A stretch of DNA of 21,562 bases from Octopus sinensis (GCF_006345805.1 NW_021823706.1:1-21562); one strand, 5' to 3'; counted from the first letter of the stretch, positions 9,579-19,206 are shown. Translations and numbers: made by a program. The notes: a model not told the origin generated them from the sequence alone.

Positions 9579-9794
9579 AGGCGGCAAACTAGCAGAAACG
9601 TTAGCACACCGGGAAAGATGCTTAGCGGCATTTCGTCCGTCTTCACGTTCTGAGTTCAAATTCCGCCGAGGTTCACTTTGCTTTTCATCCATTTCGGGGT
9701 CGATAAATTAAGTACCAGTTGAACACTTGGGTCGATGTAATCGACTATCCCCCTCCCCATAATTTCAGGCTTTGTGCCTATAGTGGAAAGGATT
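9579..9794 (+). mobile_element. SINE family A, alternative-tail subfamily
   Basis: AGGCGGC...GTTCTGAGTTCAAATTCCGCCGAGG...CTTTTCATCC.TTTCGGGGTCGATAAATTAAGTACCAG; tail AATTTCAGGCTTTGTGCCTATAGTGGAAAGG. Confidence 0.88.
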
Positions 9795-9799
9795 TTCTT

Positions 9800-10560
9800 T
9801 TTGTTGTTGTTTTACTTCTCAGAGTGCTCGGCCTTGTTTGCTCGGGTTGATTTTTGTGTGAGCGGGCAGTAACCCGTTGTCAGAGGTCTCACAATTATAA
9901 GCTTTGGTACTTTGTTGTTAATTATCGTGGAAGACATTCAACATCCAAGTACCAATCTCAAAATCCTAGCTGTACCCAGCCGAGAGTCTCTTGGGCTTGC
10001 TCTGCTCTCATGTCAATTCCGATTTCCCTGACATATTTCTCGAACTTGGTTGTTAGTGCTCCGAATGCCCCTACAACTACTGGAATGACAGACACTCTCT
10101 TCATAGTCTACATTCTTGAAATTTCATCGTTTAATAGTCTGTACTATCTTTTCTAGTTCTTTGGCACTAATGCGTGCATCCCCAGTTATTGCAATATCTA
10201 TTGGTTTCCTTTTTCCTTTCATCTACCACAACAATGTCTGGTCTTCGAGCATCATCTAAGGAATGATATTAGATTGTAAAATCCCACAGTATCTTATATT
10301 CGTTGCTCTCGGCGACTCCTTCGGGTTCGTGTTCGTACCATTTCCTTACTCTGTCCAGGCCGTACTTCTCACAAAGCTTCCAATGACGAAACTTACCCAC
10401 GTCATCGTGTCTCCTTTTGTAGTGCTTTTCAGCCAGCTTCCTAAACTCGCTCATAATATATAAGATTGTTTCGCTTTTGCTGCCACACATCCTACAAAGG
10501 GGCAATTCGCTCCTCTTGTGTATTTGAAACTTAGTGTAAATAATTCCCAGAGCTTGTTCC
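9800..10560 (-). mobile_element. 5'-truncated R4/Dong-clade LINE (second, distinct family)
   Basis: EQAL..PLCRMCGSKSETILYIMSEFRKLAEKHYKRRHDDVGKF.HWKLCEKYG...KILWDFTI, then frameshifted RRPDIVV..DIAI.GDA, VVGAFG and GTARILRLVL; (AAC)n-like tail near 9800. Confidence 0.88.
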
Positions 10561-10562
10561 GG

Positions 10563-11147
10563 AGCGATAGGACGGATCCGGCTATCAGCTGAATCCATAG
10601 TGAAGATTGCCCCGCCGACCTCTTTTAACCGGGAGGGCAAGGCAGTTTTCCTTTGCCTAGTGGCTGTAGCGAAAGAGGTGGTATGGTGGACCCGTTTGAA
10701 AGTGCTATGGTCAGACACTTTCCTCTTTGGCCCAGGCCTCATCAACCTTTTCAAGTTTCACTTGAAAAGGAAGGTGAGAGTAGAGAGGGAAGTGCTGTCC
10801 GATAGCAAGTTTTCTGAAAGGGGGATAAATTTCGCAAGAATGGCTATTATGAAAGGAGCTACTCTGAGGTTACACCTGTGATTTAAAAAGGTAATATAAA
10901 AGGAGAAAGGGGCTCTCTACCCACCTTTTGACCAGGCTCCCGTTGGCTTTTATGGGTTTTTTCACCAGGAACCTTTCGTAACGCCTCCCCCTATTGGGAG
11001 TTTTTCGTTGTTAATTTTTTTTATTGTTACACTGTTTTTACTGGGTTTTTTTTTCACAAACGGACAAAACCCTTTGTAACCTTTCGTCCTGTTTTGTCTC
11101 TTTATGTAATAATTGATTTTTGTCAGCCCTTGTGGCCAATAAAAAAA
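10563..11147 (+). mobile_element. L1/Tx1-like LINE 3' fragment (ORF2 C-terminus to 10881, 3' UTR, poly-A)
   Basis: IGRIRLSAESIVKIAPP...FLCLVAVAKEVVWWTRLK resembles the AK.xIW..R motif of L1/Tx1 ORF2 C-termini; U-rich UTR ends AATAAAAAAA. Confidence 0.68.
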
Positions 11148-11169
11148 TTAATTATTATTATTATCATTA

Positions 11170-11380
11170 AGGCGACGAGCTAGCAAAATGGTTAGCATGT
11201 CAAGAAAAACGCTTTGTGGCATTTCGTCCATCTTTACATCATAAGTTCAAATGCTGTTGGGATCGACTTTTGACTTTCATCCTTCCGGAATCGATAAAAT
11301 AAATAACGCTGGAGTCAATGTAATCTACTTACCTACCCACTCTCCTGAAATTGCTGGCCTTGTGCCAAAATTTCAAATTA
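11170..11380 (+). mobile_element. SINE family A, old diverged copy
   Basis: AGGCGACGAGCTAGCAAAATGGTTAGCA...CTTTCATCCTTCCGGAATCGATAAAAT; tail GAAATTGCTGGCCTTGTGCCAAAATTT. Confidence 0.78.
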
Positions 11381-11739
11381 TTGTTGTTGTTGTTGTTGTT
11401 GTGATGATTGCGGTGGTGGTGACGGTGGCAGTGATATCAGTAATAACTAATAGCTTTCCATTTCCTGTTACCTTACCCCCAACCTCCGTACATCATTTTG
11501 AATGATGTCATGTGGTATTTCCTGAATTAATCATTAGTTTTCTTTGTAGGATCGCTGTTGTTGTTGTTGTTGCTGTTGTTGTTGCTAGTGTTGGTGTGTT
11601 TTGTTTGTTTCTCCCTTTTCGTTTCATCAGTATAAATTGCTTGTCGGTATGTTTGCTTCCTTTAAAACGAGATATCTATTTATCTGTCTGTTACCTGCCC
11701 GCCTATTTGTCTATCTTGCTAGCTAGCCATCTATGTATG

Positions 11740-11806
<67 letters not shown>

Positions 11807-11959
11807 GTATATATATCTGTATATATATATATATATATATTGTGTGTGTATGTGTATATGTATATATGTGTATATATATCTGTCTATACATACATGCATA
11901 ATATATTTACATTTATACACATTCATGCATACATGTATGCATGTATGTACGTATGTATG

Positions 11960-11992
<33 letters not shown>

Positions 11993-12059
11993 TATATATA
12001 TATAGAAAGATAGATAGATAGATCCCCTCTCTCTCTCTCTGTCTTATATATATATATAT

Positions 12060-12104
<45 letters not shown>

Positions 12105-12105
12105 G
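11380..12105. repeat. Compound (GTT)n, (ATCT)n, (TA)n, (CT)n microsatellite region
   Basis: Direct sequence. Confidence 0.88.
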
Positions 12106-12242
12106 AAATATGTTACGAAAAGAAAATATAAAATACACGTGGAAATGTAAGGGTAAAATATGAAAAATCAACGAAAATGCATATTGCAAATAGAAAAAGG
12201 CTCTTTATGACAGGTAGTGACAAATATATATATATATATATA

Positions 12243-12331
12243 TACGTGGGGTGTATGAAAAGTTTTGAGCCTTGAAGTCTTGTACCATGTTTTTTTTTTT
12301 TTTTTTTTGAGGCTCAAGACTTTTCATGCAC
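12243..12331. mobile_element. Tiny mariner-like foldback (MITE remnant)
   Basis: 22-bp inverted repeats GTGTATGAAAAGTTTTGAGCCT(12251-12272)/AGGCTCAAGACTTTTCATGCAC(12310-12331), 2 mismatches; left end TA|CGTGGGGTG resembles mariner termini. Confidence 0.55.
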
Positions 12332-12363
12332 ACATATACTCACACAGTACGACACACACACGA

Positions 12364-12401
<38 letters not shown>

Positions 12402-13388
12402 ACACCTGCATATCTGCTTCACATTAGATACTACTACGTTGATACAAATCACTTGACCATATGAAGTGTTTCACGTTGTATACTTTCTGACAACATTCAT
12501 TCATTCTAACCAACAATTCTCAATTCCCATTTCCGCTTGACATTCTTACACCCACGTCCTTTGAAGATGTCTGCCTTAAAAGTATTGCCTCTACGACTTT
12601 CATTTTCTTTTGAGTTCCAAAATACCAATCTATTTAGTGAGGCATCAATCATTACTTCCTCTCTCAGAGAAATTGTTTCGCAGAAATCTTGCAAGAAGCT
12701 ATCGTCCGTCCACCGTATTCATTTAAATCACTGGCTGACATCAAGTCGCCATTTTAGCTTTCTAAATATATGATTTGTGTCTTTTTTCTTTTTTTTATTT
12801 CCTAGTTTCGCTATTCTTTCTCAAAACCGAGAATTTGAAACGATAGGTATATACAGCCACAAGTATATAATATGAACATATGTATAATATGAATTTCTAC
12901 ACAACTACATGTGTGTGTGTGTGTGTGTGTGTATTCATATATAACTCTCTTACGGGTATGGCTTTAAACTGTATCCGGTAACGTGGCCCTATTTCGAAAG
13001 TTCTAGGATTCTGAGGAGAGTAAAACATATCTCTTAGATACTGTTGATTCCAGGTCTGCCCTGATTCCGAGTAAAAGCACCTATCAGTGCCCTCTCTATT
13101 GGTTATTTAGCATGTTATAGAAGAAACTCCAAGCACAAACCCTCACTGCTTTGTGAATGCCTTCGGGAAAAGAAAAGGGTAAGGAGAGTTAATGTCGACA
13201 ATAATTGAAGGAGTGAAGCACTCAGGCAGTCAAGTACCCTCTTTGGCACCCTTCTGACAACTCCAGGGTAGGTGGAATTTTCCAGCCCTGTAAAGCATTT
13301 GACTTAGAAGAAGGCTGCTCCGCCGCAAAACCTACAGCTTGATGGTCACTATCCGAGGCCGCGGATGCGAAGAAACTGCTATCGTCTT

Positions 13389-13431
<43 letters not shown>

Positions 13432-13700
13432 CGACGATGACGACGACGACGACGATGATGATGATGATGATGATAATGACGGTGATGATGATAACAATAA
13501 TGACGATGACGACGACGACGGTGATGATGATGATGATGACAGTGTTTGTAATGTTAGTATTGACGACGATGATTACGATCATGATGATGACGACGTCGAC
13601 GATGATAATGGTGATGACAACGTTGGTGATGATGATGACGAGGACGATGACATTGACGATGATGATGATTATGATGGGAACATCAACAAACGGGGATGAC
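13389..13700. repeat. (GAT/GAC)n compound trinucleotide microsatellite
   Basis: Direct sequence; explains the poly-M and poly-I ORFs. Confidence 0.95.
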
Positions 13701-14026
13701 AATCACAACTGTACGACCTTCCTTGTTTTATTAAATCAATGCGGAAACCTCAACGTGGTCGCTCGAACCTGCTTGAAACAATATCCAAATATGCCTGAAA
13801 TCACGATATTGTCTTATGAAAAGAATACATTGGATAATATTATCTCAGGTTGTTCACGGATAGAACGCCATCAATCTAAGGTTTAGTCGATCACGTGTTT
13901 GTGGTTTCTGCCAATACTAGAGCTGCTGTGTGTCATGCCCATTTTCCAGGTGTGGATGAGCAAGGATTTGCCTTAAACATTGTTTGGCGTGATTTTTTTC
14001 TTGGAGACAGTACAGTAGTGGTTTCT

Positions 14027-14252
14027 TATTTCTTTATTACCCACAAGGGGCTAAACATAGACGGGACAAACAAGGACAGACAAAGGGATTAAGTCGATTA
14101 CATCGACCCCAGTGCGTAAATGGTACTTAATTTATCGACCCCGAAAGGATGAAAGGCAAAGTCGACCTCAGCGGAATTTGAACTCAGAGCGTAAAGACAG
14201 ACGAAGTACCATTAAGCATTTCGCCCGGCGCGCTAACGTTTCTGCCAGCTCC
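14027..14252 (-). mobile_element. SINE family A, nearly full length
   Basis: High similarity to 19928-20157. Confidence 0.9.
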
Positions 14253-14732
14253 CCTGCTTGTCACCTACCTGCTCTCCTAAATTATGGTACAGAACCTGCT
14301 TAATCCTTAACAGGCGTATCGGTTCACGTGATATCAGGAATTGCCATACATAGTGGGTCTGTGTAACACATGTCTAAGGGCAGGCCCTCATCAGTGTCTT
14401 GGATGCCTTAATTACGGGACCCATCTTCTGCTGCTGGACCTTTAACTAGGTGCTCTGACAGGTACTACCACCCTTGGATCAGAGCGGACTTGGAAGTAGT
14501 ATAATGTAAAAAAGTTTTCAAAAGGAAAAAAAAAACAATCATTTAAAAATTACATTATTAACCTTAAATTTAGTATTAATTAAAAGAAAACAGAAGCGTA
14601 ATTACTTTCATTGTTAAATTCATGTGATATGACTTCATTATCGTCTCCACGTGACATAATTTCAATATTTTAATTGACAAAAGTTGAGTAAATAACAATT
14701 CTAAAAAAATTGTTTTGTTTAGAATATACTTT

Positions 14733-14883
14733 AGGCGCAGGAGTGGCTGTGTGATAAGTAGCTTGCTTACCAACCACATGGTTCTGAGTTCATTCCCACT
14801 GCGTAGCACCTTGGGCAAGTGTCTTCTACTATAGCCTTGTGAGTGGATTTGGTTGACGGAAACTGAAAGCAAGCCCGTCGTAG

Positions 14884-14887
<4 letters not shown>
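14733..14887 (+). mobile_element. tRNA-derived CORE-type SINE family D, 5' half
   Basis: AGGCGCAGGAGTGGCTGTGTG.TAAG A-box-like; GGTTCTGAGTTCATTCCC B-box-like; CORE-like ACCTTGGGCAAGTGTCTT. Confidence 0.7.
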
Positions 14888-14937
<50 letters not shown>

Positions 14938-14939
<2 letters not shown>

Positions 14940-15127
14940 CCTCGTGTGTACCGTTGACGATTTTTTTTCCTCTGTCTTCCCTTCTCTGGATCTTTCCGAC
15001 GAAGAGCTCCGCTCGAAACGTTGAACCCTCCTTCTTTCCTGAGCGTCCATATAATACTATATTTGTTCCACGTCCTCGCGTTGTTGTGTTTTTCTTTTTC
15101 TGTGTTTTTCTTGTTTTGGATTAACTA
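14938..15127 (+). mobile_element. PLE terminal fragment with damaged HHR (CCGACGA core at 14996-15002; stem I 5' strand deleted)
   Basis: Homologous to 1314-1527; AGAGCTCCGCTCGAAACGTT retained; flanked by (TA)n on both sides. Confidence 0.65.
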
Positions 15128-15469
15128 TATATATATATATATATATATCAACTTTTTATCCAAGGGGAGGCATAGGAGCAACAACCACAGAACACACAAA
15201 ATTCAAGATAGACCAAATACATGCAATCTTATATACTAGTTTATATCTATAACATTCCGACATATTAGAAATTTAAAATTCAGTAATATATAAGTATTAT
15301 ATACAAATAAAATATAAATACAAATATAAATATAAATGTTGCATATAACACGCTTAAAACTGTTAGAATAAGAGGAATAAATATTGTGATAATAAAATAA
15401 AAATATAGCATATCAAGACACGAGTAAAATTCCGGCGAATAGTACATAAAATATAATACACATACAAGT

Positions 15470-15509
15470 TTACAAAAATATAAGATATGTATATCTTATA
15501 TTTTTGTAA
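15470..15509. other. Perfect 19-bp inverted repeat with 2-nt spacer
   Basis: TTACAAAAATATAAGATAT-gt-ATATCTTATATTTTTGTAA. Confidence 0.9.
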
Positions 15510-15524
15510 GCTTATATTTTCTAA

Positions 15525-17040
15525 GCACTGTTGGAAAGGCCTCTGCTTGCATTATCCTGTCCAGGCTGCAACTGCTTGCTTTTCGAATTTATCCAGAATC
15601 GCAGTGTGGCTTTAGAAGAAGCATATCAACTATTGACATGATATTCTCCATACGCCAACTTCAGGAGAAGTCCAGAGAGCAGAAAATGCCATTATATATG
15701 GCCTTCATTGATCTGACAAAGTAGAAAACGCCTCTTCATCCTGCTCCAAAAAATCGGATGTCCACCAAAGCTGCTGAGGATCATCACATCTTTCCATGAT
15801 GAATATGCAAGGCACCATGCAGCACAATGGTTCAACATCAGCCGCCTTCCAAATAAAAAAATGGGGTAAAGCAAGGTTGTGTCCTTGCTCCTACATTATT
15901 TGGCATCTTCTTCTCGCTGCTGCTGTCACATGCCTTTGTGACATCAGATGATGGAGTGTTTCTGCACAGTAGAAGTGATGGGAAACTGTTCAATCTCTCG
16001 CGTCTGCGTGCCAAGACCAAAATCAGAAGCGTCCTGATCAAGGAGATGCTATTTGCTGATCATGCCGCTCTGGTATCACACACAGAAGAAGCCCTACAAA
16101 GGCTCATAAACTGTTTTGAGCAAGCATGTGGCAACTTTGGCTTAGTTATCAGCCTCAAGAAGACCAACATCATAGGTCAGGCTACATCGACCATCCCAAA
16201 CATACATATTGGAGACCACAGACTACAGGAGGTGGAGTAGTTTACCTATCTTGGCTCTACCGTCACCTACAACCTATCCCTTGATACTGAGCTCAAAATA
16301 CGCATTGGCAAGGCAGCTGCTGTGATGGCCCAACTCTCCAAACGAGCATGGGACAACAATAAGCTGACCAAGACCACAAAAATGAAGATTTACCAGGCAT
16401 ATGTACTTAGCACTCTACTGTATGGAAGTGAGACTTGAACGCCATACGTCGCCTAAATATCTTTCACCTGCGCTGCCTCCGGAAAATCCTTCGCATCAAA
16501 TGGCAGAATCATGTCCCTAACAAAGATGTCCTCAAGCAAGCAGGAATACCAAGCATGTTTACACTCCTCACGCAAAGACGTATGAGATGGCTTCGACATG
16601 TTAGCCGTATGGAAGATGGCAGAATTCCCAAAGACATACTCAACGGAGAGCTTGGTCTGTGGGAAGACTGTTCTTACGATACAAGGATGTTTGCAAAAGG
16701 GACATGAATGCCTGCAACATGAATATTACCAACTGGGAAGCAGTTGCCAGCAACCGTGGAGATTGGCGACGTACCGTAAAAGAGGGAACACAAAGGAGTG
16801 ACATAGAGGTAGAGGAGAAATGGAAAGACAAGAAAAGACGTCAACAAGAAAGTATGACATTACAACCAACCAGGCAACGTCTTCGCTTCATTTGCGGCAC
16901 CTGCCAGAGGGAGTGTTTGTCCAGGATAGGACTACACAGCCACAGCAGGAGATGTATTAGGACATGAAATGCAAAAGCCGAACTAGATTATTTTATGCGC
17001 AACTCCATTGTCTCCCGAGACAAAAAGGATGCCAACAACA
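15525..17040 (+). mobile_element. 5'-truncated RTE-clade LINE (RT domain to 3' end), pseudogenised
   Basis: YPESQCGFR..STIDMIFSIRQLQEK.REQ.MPLYMAFIDLTK; GVKQGCVLAPTLF; MLFADHA (catalytic ADD mutated); FTYLGS; STLLYGSET; C-terminal C..C..HSH..C zinc finger; tail CCATTGTCTCCCGAGACA..AGGATGCC(AAC)n; stops and deletions. Confidence 0.93.
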
Positions 17041-17046
17041 ATATAT

Positions 17047-17265
17047 ATGGATTTTGTAGACAGGAACTGAAACAAATCAATCGTATATATATGTAAGTGT
17101 ATGTGTGTGTGTCTTTGTGTCTGTGTTTCGCCCTCATCACTGCTTCACAACTGCAGTTCATTTATTTACATCCACAAAACTTACTGGTTTCACAAGAACA
17201 AACTAATAGAATAAGTACTAGGCCATCAACATAAAAAAGCACTAGGCTGGTCTCATAATTTTGTT
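17047..17265 (+). mobile_element. Degraded central/3' part of SINE family D
   Basis: TGGATTTTGTAGACAGGAACTGAAA overlaps 14845-14870 (GTGGATTTGGTTGACGGAAACTGAAA), followed by a (TA)/(TG) spacer and TAGAATAAGTACTAGGC. Confidence 0.5.
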
Positions 17266-17299
17266 GCCCACTCAGTTGTATCTATCAATTTATCTTGTG

Positions 17300-17374
17300 T
17301 GTGTGTGTATCTATCTATCTATCTATCTATCTATATCTATCTATCTATCTATCTATTCTATCTATCTCTCTCTC

Positions 17375-17413
<39 letters not shown>

Positions 17414-17425
17414 CTATATATATAA
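17300..17425. repeat. (ATCT)n/(CT)n/(TA)n microsatellite
   Basis: Direct sequence. Confidence 0.93.
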
Positions 17426-17679
17426 AAACCCCTAATGGGAATCTTAACTCCCAAATTTTAGTCATTTCTTTTATGATCCAAAGCTAGGTCAAATGTACTG
17501 AATGGACCTTTATAAAATTTGGAAATTATATTCTAAGCATAAGGGCTATAACCCCCATGACAATTCATATATTTTTGCTGTTGAATTTTTAACCATAGAT
17601 ATTAGACACAAATTAAGTAATATTTATAAAATTTCATCTTCTTACAAAGTTAGAAAGACCCCTCCATGGGGACTTACCA

Positions 17680-18060
17680 CCCACAATTTTGTCATTTTAT
17701 CTAAGCAAAAACGAATACAGTTGTGCTCTTGGAAGCTGTAGGGTTACCCGAGCATAAAAGTTGAGCATTATTTCTAATTCAATGATACAACAGTGTAACA
17801 GTTTGCTTTGACATACACTTACATTGTGATTTCTGCAATGTGGTGCGTAAATTGTTAAGTAAATGAGAGGCATCTTTTCTCCACTGATTCAGTTGCAAAG
17901 TGTTGAGTAAAGTTATTTGATTGCAGACCTCCTTTCAGTCTTTTTATTATCACTCGGTCACACATAGTACCCAGATGGTAACATTGATTACAAGGCCTTC
18001 CCAGATGAGTGACTGGTATTTTCAAAGACATTTATAGATTTTAAATTCATTCTGTCCAGT
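17680..18060 (-). pseudogene. Highly decayed Helitron Rep/Hel PIF1-helicase C-terminus
   Basis: Ordered, frameshifted motifs: GLVI; CDRVIIKRL (cf. CNGTRLVIKKL); QF..A.IT; TVVSLN; QL.CSGNP; FVFA.DKMTK (cf. LFVLAKDGLTKNIV). Confidence 0.5.
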
Positions 18061-18339
18061 TAGTATCAGTATAGTGGTCTTTGCAAACTCCAGAGGTGAC
18101 ACTTTAATTTCTCCTAAGCCCTCACGTCACACAGTGTTAATGTTGATTTCAGTTGGGTCCGACCTTCCAATTGCTATAGATTCGTAATGCATCTGACGGC
18201 TGTGCCTGTCACCTGGATGGTGAGGAATCCTACATTGGGAGTGGTAACGACTAGGGTAGGGTAACTGACTGCTTATTGTGATCATTCGTCTTTTGGTTTC
18301 CATGTGGCACGATTACAATTTTTTTAGGGTGTGTAAAGA

Positions 18340-18470
18340 GGGAAATAACCCTCATCTACAATTTTGATGAAATTCGAAACATAGATATTCCAGTTCATTC
18401 AGAAAATATAACAGAAAAGTCTAATTCTTCAATTGAATGTAACCGGGCAAACGCCGGGTCTTTCTGCTAG
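18340..18470 (+). mobile_element. Helitron 3' terminus
   Basis: ATTTTGATGAAATT motif; GC-rich hairpin-like CCGGGCAAACGCCGGG; CTAG end followed by T; same end architecture as 19561-19590. Confidence 0.68.
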
Positions 18471-18490
18471 TTACTTATAATTTACACCCT

Positions 18491-18549
18491 TACCACTTAT
18501 GAAATCAGCGTAAGACTTCTACGGTGATCTTATAATCTGACGAGGGTAG
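18491..18549 (+). ncRNA. Type II-ordered hammerhead-like motif with long stem III and irregular stems I/II
   Basis: GAAA(18501-18504)-TCA-gCGTA..TACGg-TGA-TC(18529)-TTATAAT-CTGACGA(18537-18543)-GGGTAG; TTACC(18490-18494) can pair with GGTAG. Confidence 0.35.
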
Positions 18550-18580
18550 TTGAGTTCAATACAAGGCGCCGGTGAGAGTT

Positions 18581-18621
18581 ACTGACGAGCGTTAATGTAA
18601 ACGCGAAATCACTGGTGATCT
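18581..18621 (+). ncRNA. Hammerhead core with perfect stems II and III but only 1 bp of stem I
   Basis: CTGACGA(18582-18588)-GCGTT-aatgta-AACGC-GAAA-TCAC-tg-GTGA-TC; AUC triplet ends at 18620. Confidence 0.6.
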
Positions 18622-19140
18622 CGGTATGCCCGGTACTTAGGGAACTCGCTTCCTTTGTCCGTAATTAAGACGGTGCGTAAATATGGCTATGAGGTGTTTT
18701 GACTCTTATTTCTAGCAATACTGGTGCTGAATAGCGCCCTCAGTCGCTTTAGTGAAGTGTATATATATATATATTAGAAGAAATGAGGTACTCAGAAAAT
18801 CGGATAGTTTGTATTTACAGATATTTGTTTGTATATTACATTTTTTATATATATCTCATATCACTTAGATCATTAGCGCTTTCTCCCATTCTAGTGGGGT
18901 TTTCAAATCAAATTAAGTTCCTGTGTGAGGAGTTTTGACTATTTTATAGTGGACTATTTTATAGAGTTTGTAGTGGTGGGGAGGAATATAAGACAGTACA
19001 TCCATCACCCTCTTGTACTGTCTTATATTCTCAAGAGGGTGATGGATGTACTGTCTTATATTCCTCCCCACCACTACAAACTCTATAAAATAGTCCACTA
19101 TAAAATAGTCAAAACTCCTCACACAGGAACTTAATTTGAT

Positions 19141-19177
19141 TTGAAAACCCCACTAGAATGGGAGAAAGCGCTAATGA
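19141..19177 (+). ncRNA. Degenerate U3:A8 hammerhead motif (mirror copy on minus strand at 18870-18906)
   Basis: TTGAAAA-C-CCCA-ctagaa-TGGG-A-GAAA-GCGC-TA; palindromic stem III AGCGCT; CUA triplet; 10.1/11.1 mismatch and weak stem I. Confidence 0.45.
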
Positions 19178-19206
19178 TCTACGTGATATGAGATATATAT
19201 AAAAAA

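Noticed and set aside
13008-13040. CTGAGGA-GAG...CTC as a hammerhead
   Set aside because: Followed by TTAGA rather than GAAA; no stem III
13365-13886. 173-aa ORF with poly-Met/Thr (and the antisense poly-Ile ORF)
   Set aside because: Translation of a (GAT/GAC)n microsatellite; the unique tail has no recognisable domain
13950-14030. Plus-strand exon after CCATTTTCCAG (GVDEQGFALNIVWRDFF)
   Set aside because: No convincing donor site and no recognisable protein similarity
14370-14395. CTGATGA-GGGC/GCCC on the minus strand as a hammerhead
   Set aside because: Lacks GAAA and stems I/III
14440-14500. GGTACTACCAC...TCAGAG.GGAC.TGG repeat fragment (and 1527-1600)
   Set aside because: Reminiscent of a recalled octopus repeat, but there is no second copy or diagnostic feature in the window
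17690-17940. Penelope RT fragment (LNQWRK) on the minus strand
   Set aside because: A single short match; several ordered Helitron helicase motifs explain the region better
18913-19134. Identical-start ORFs on both strands
   Set aside because: Artefact of the palindrome
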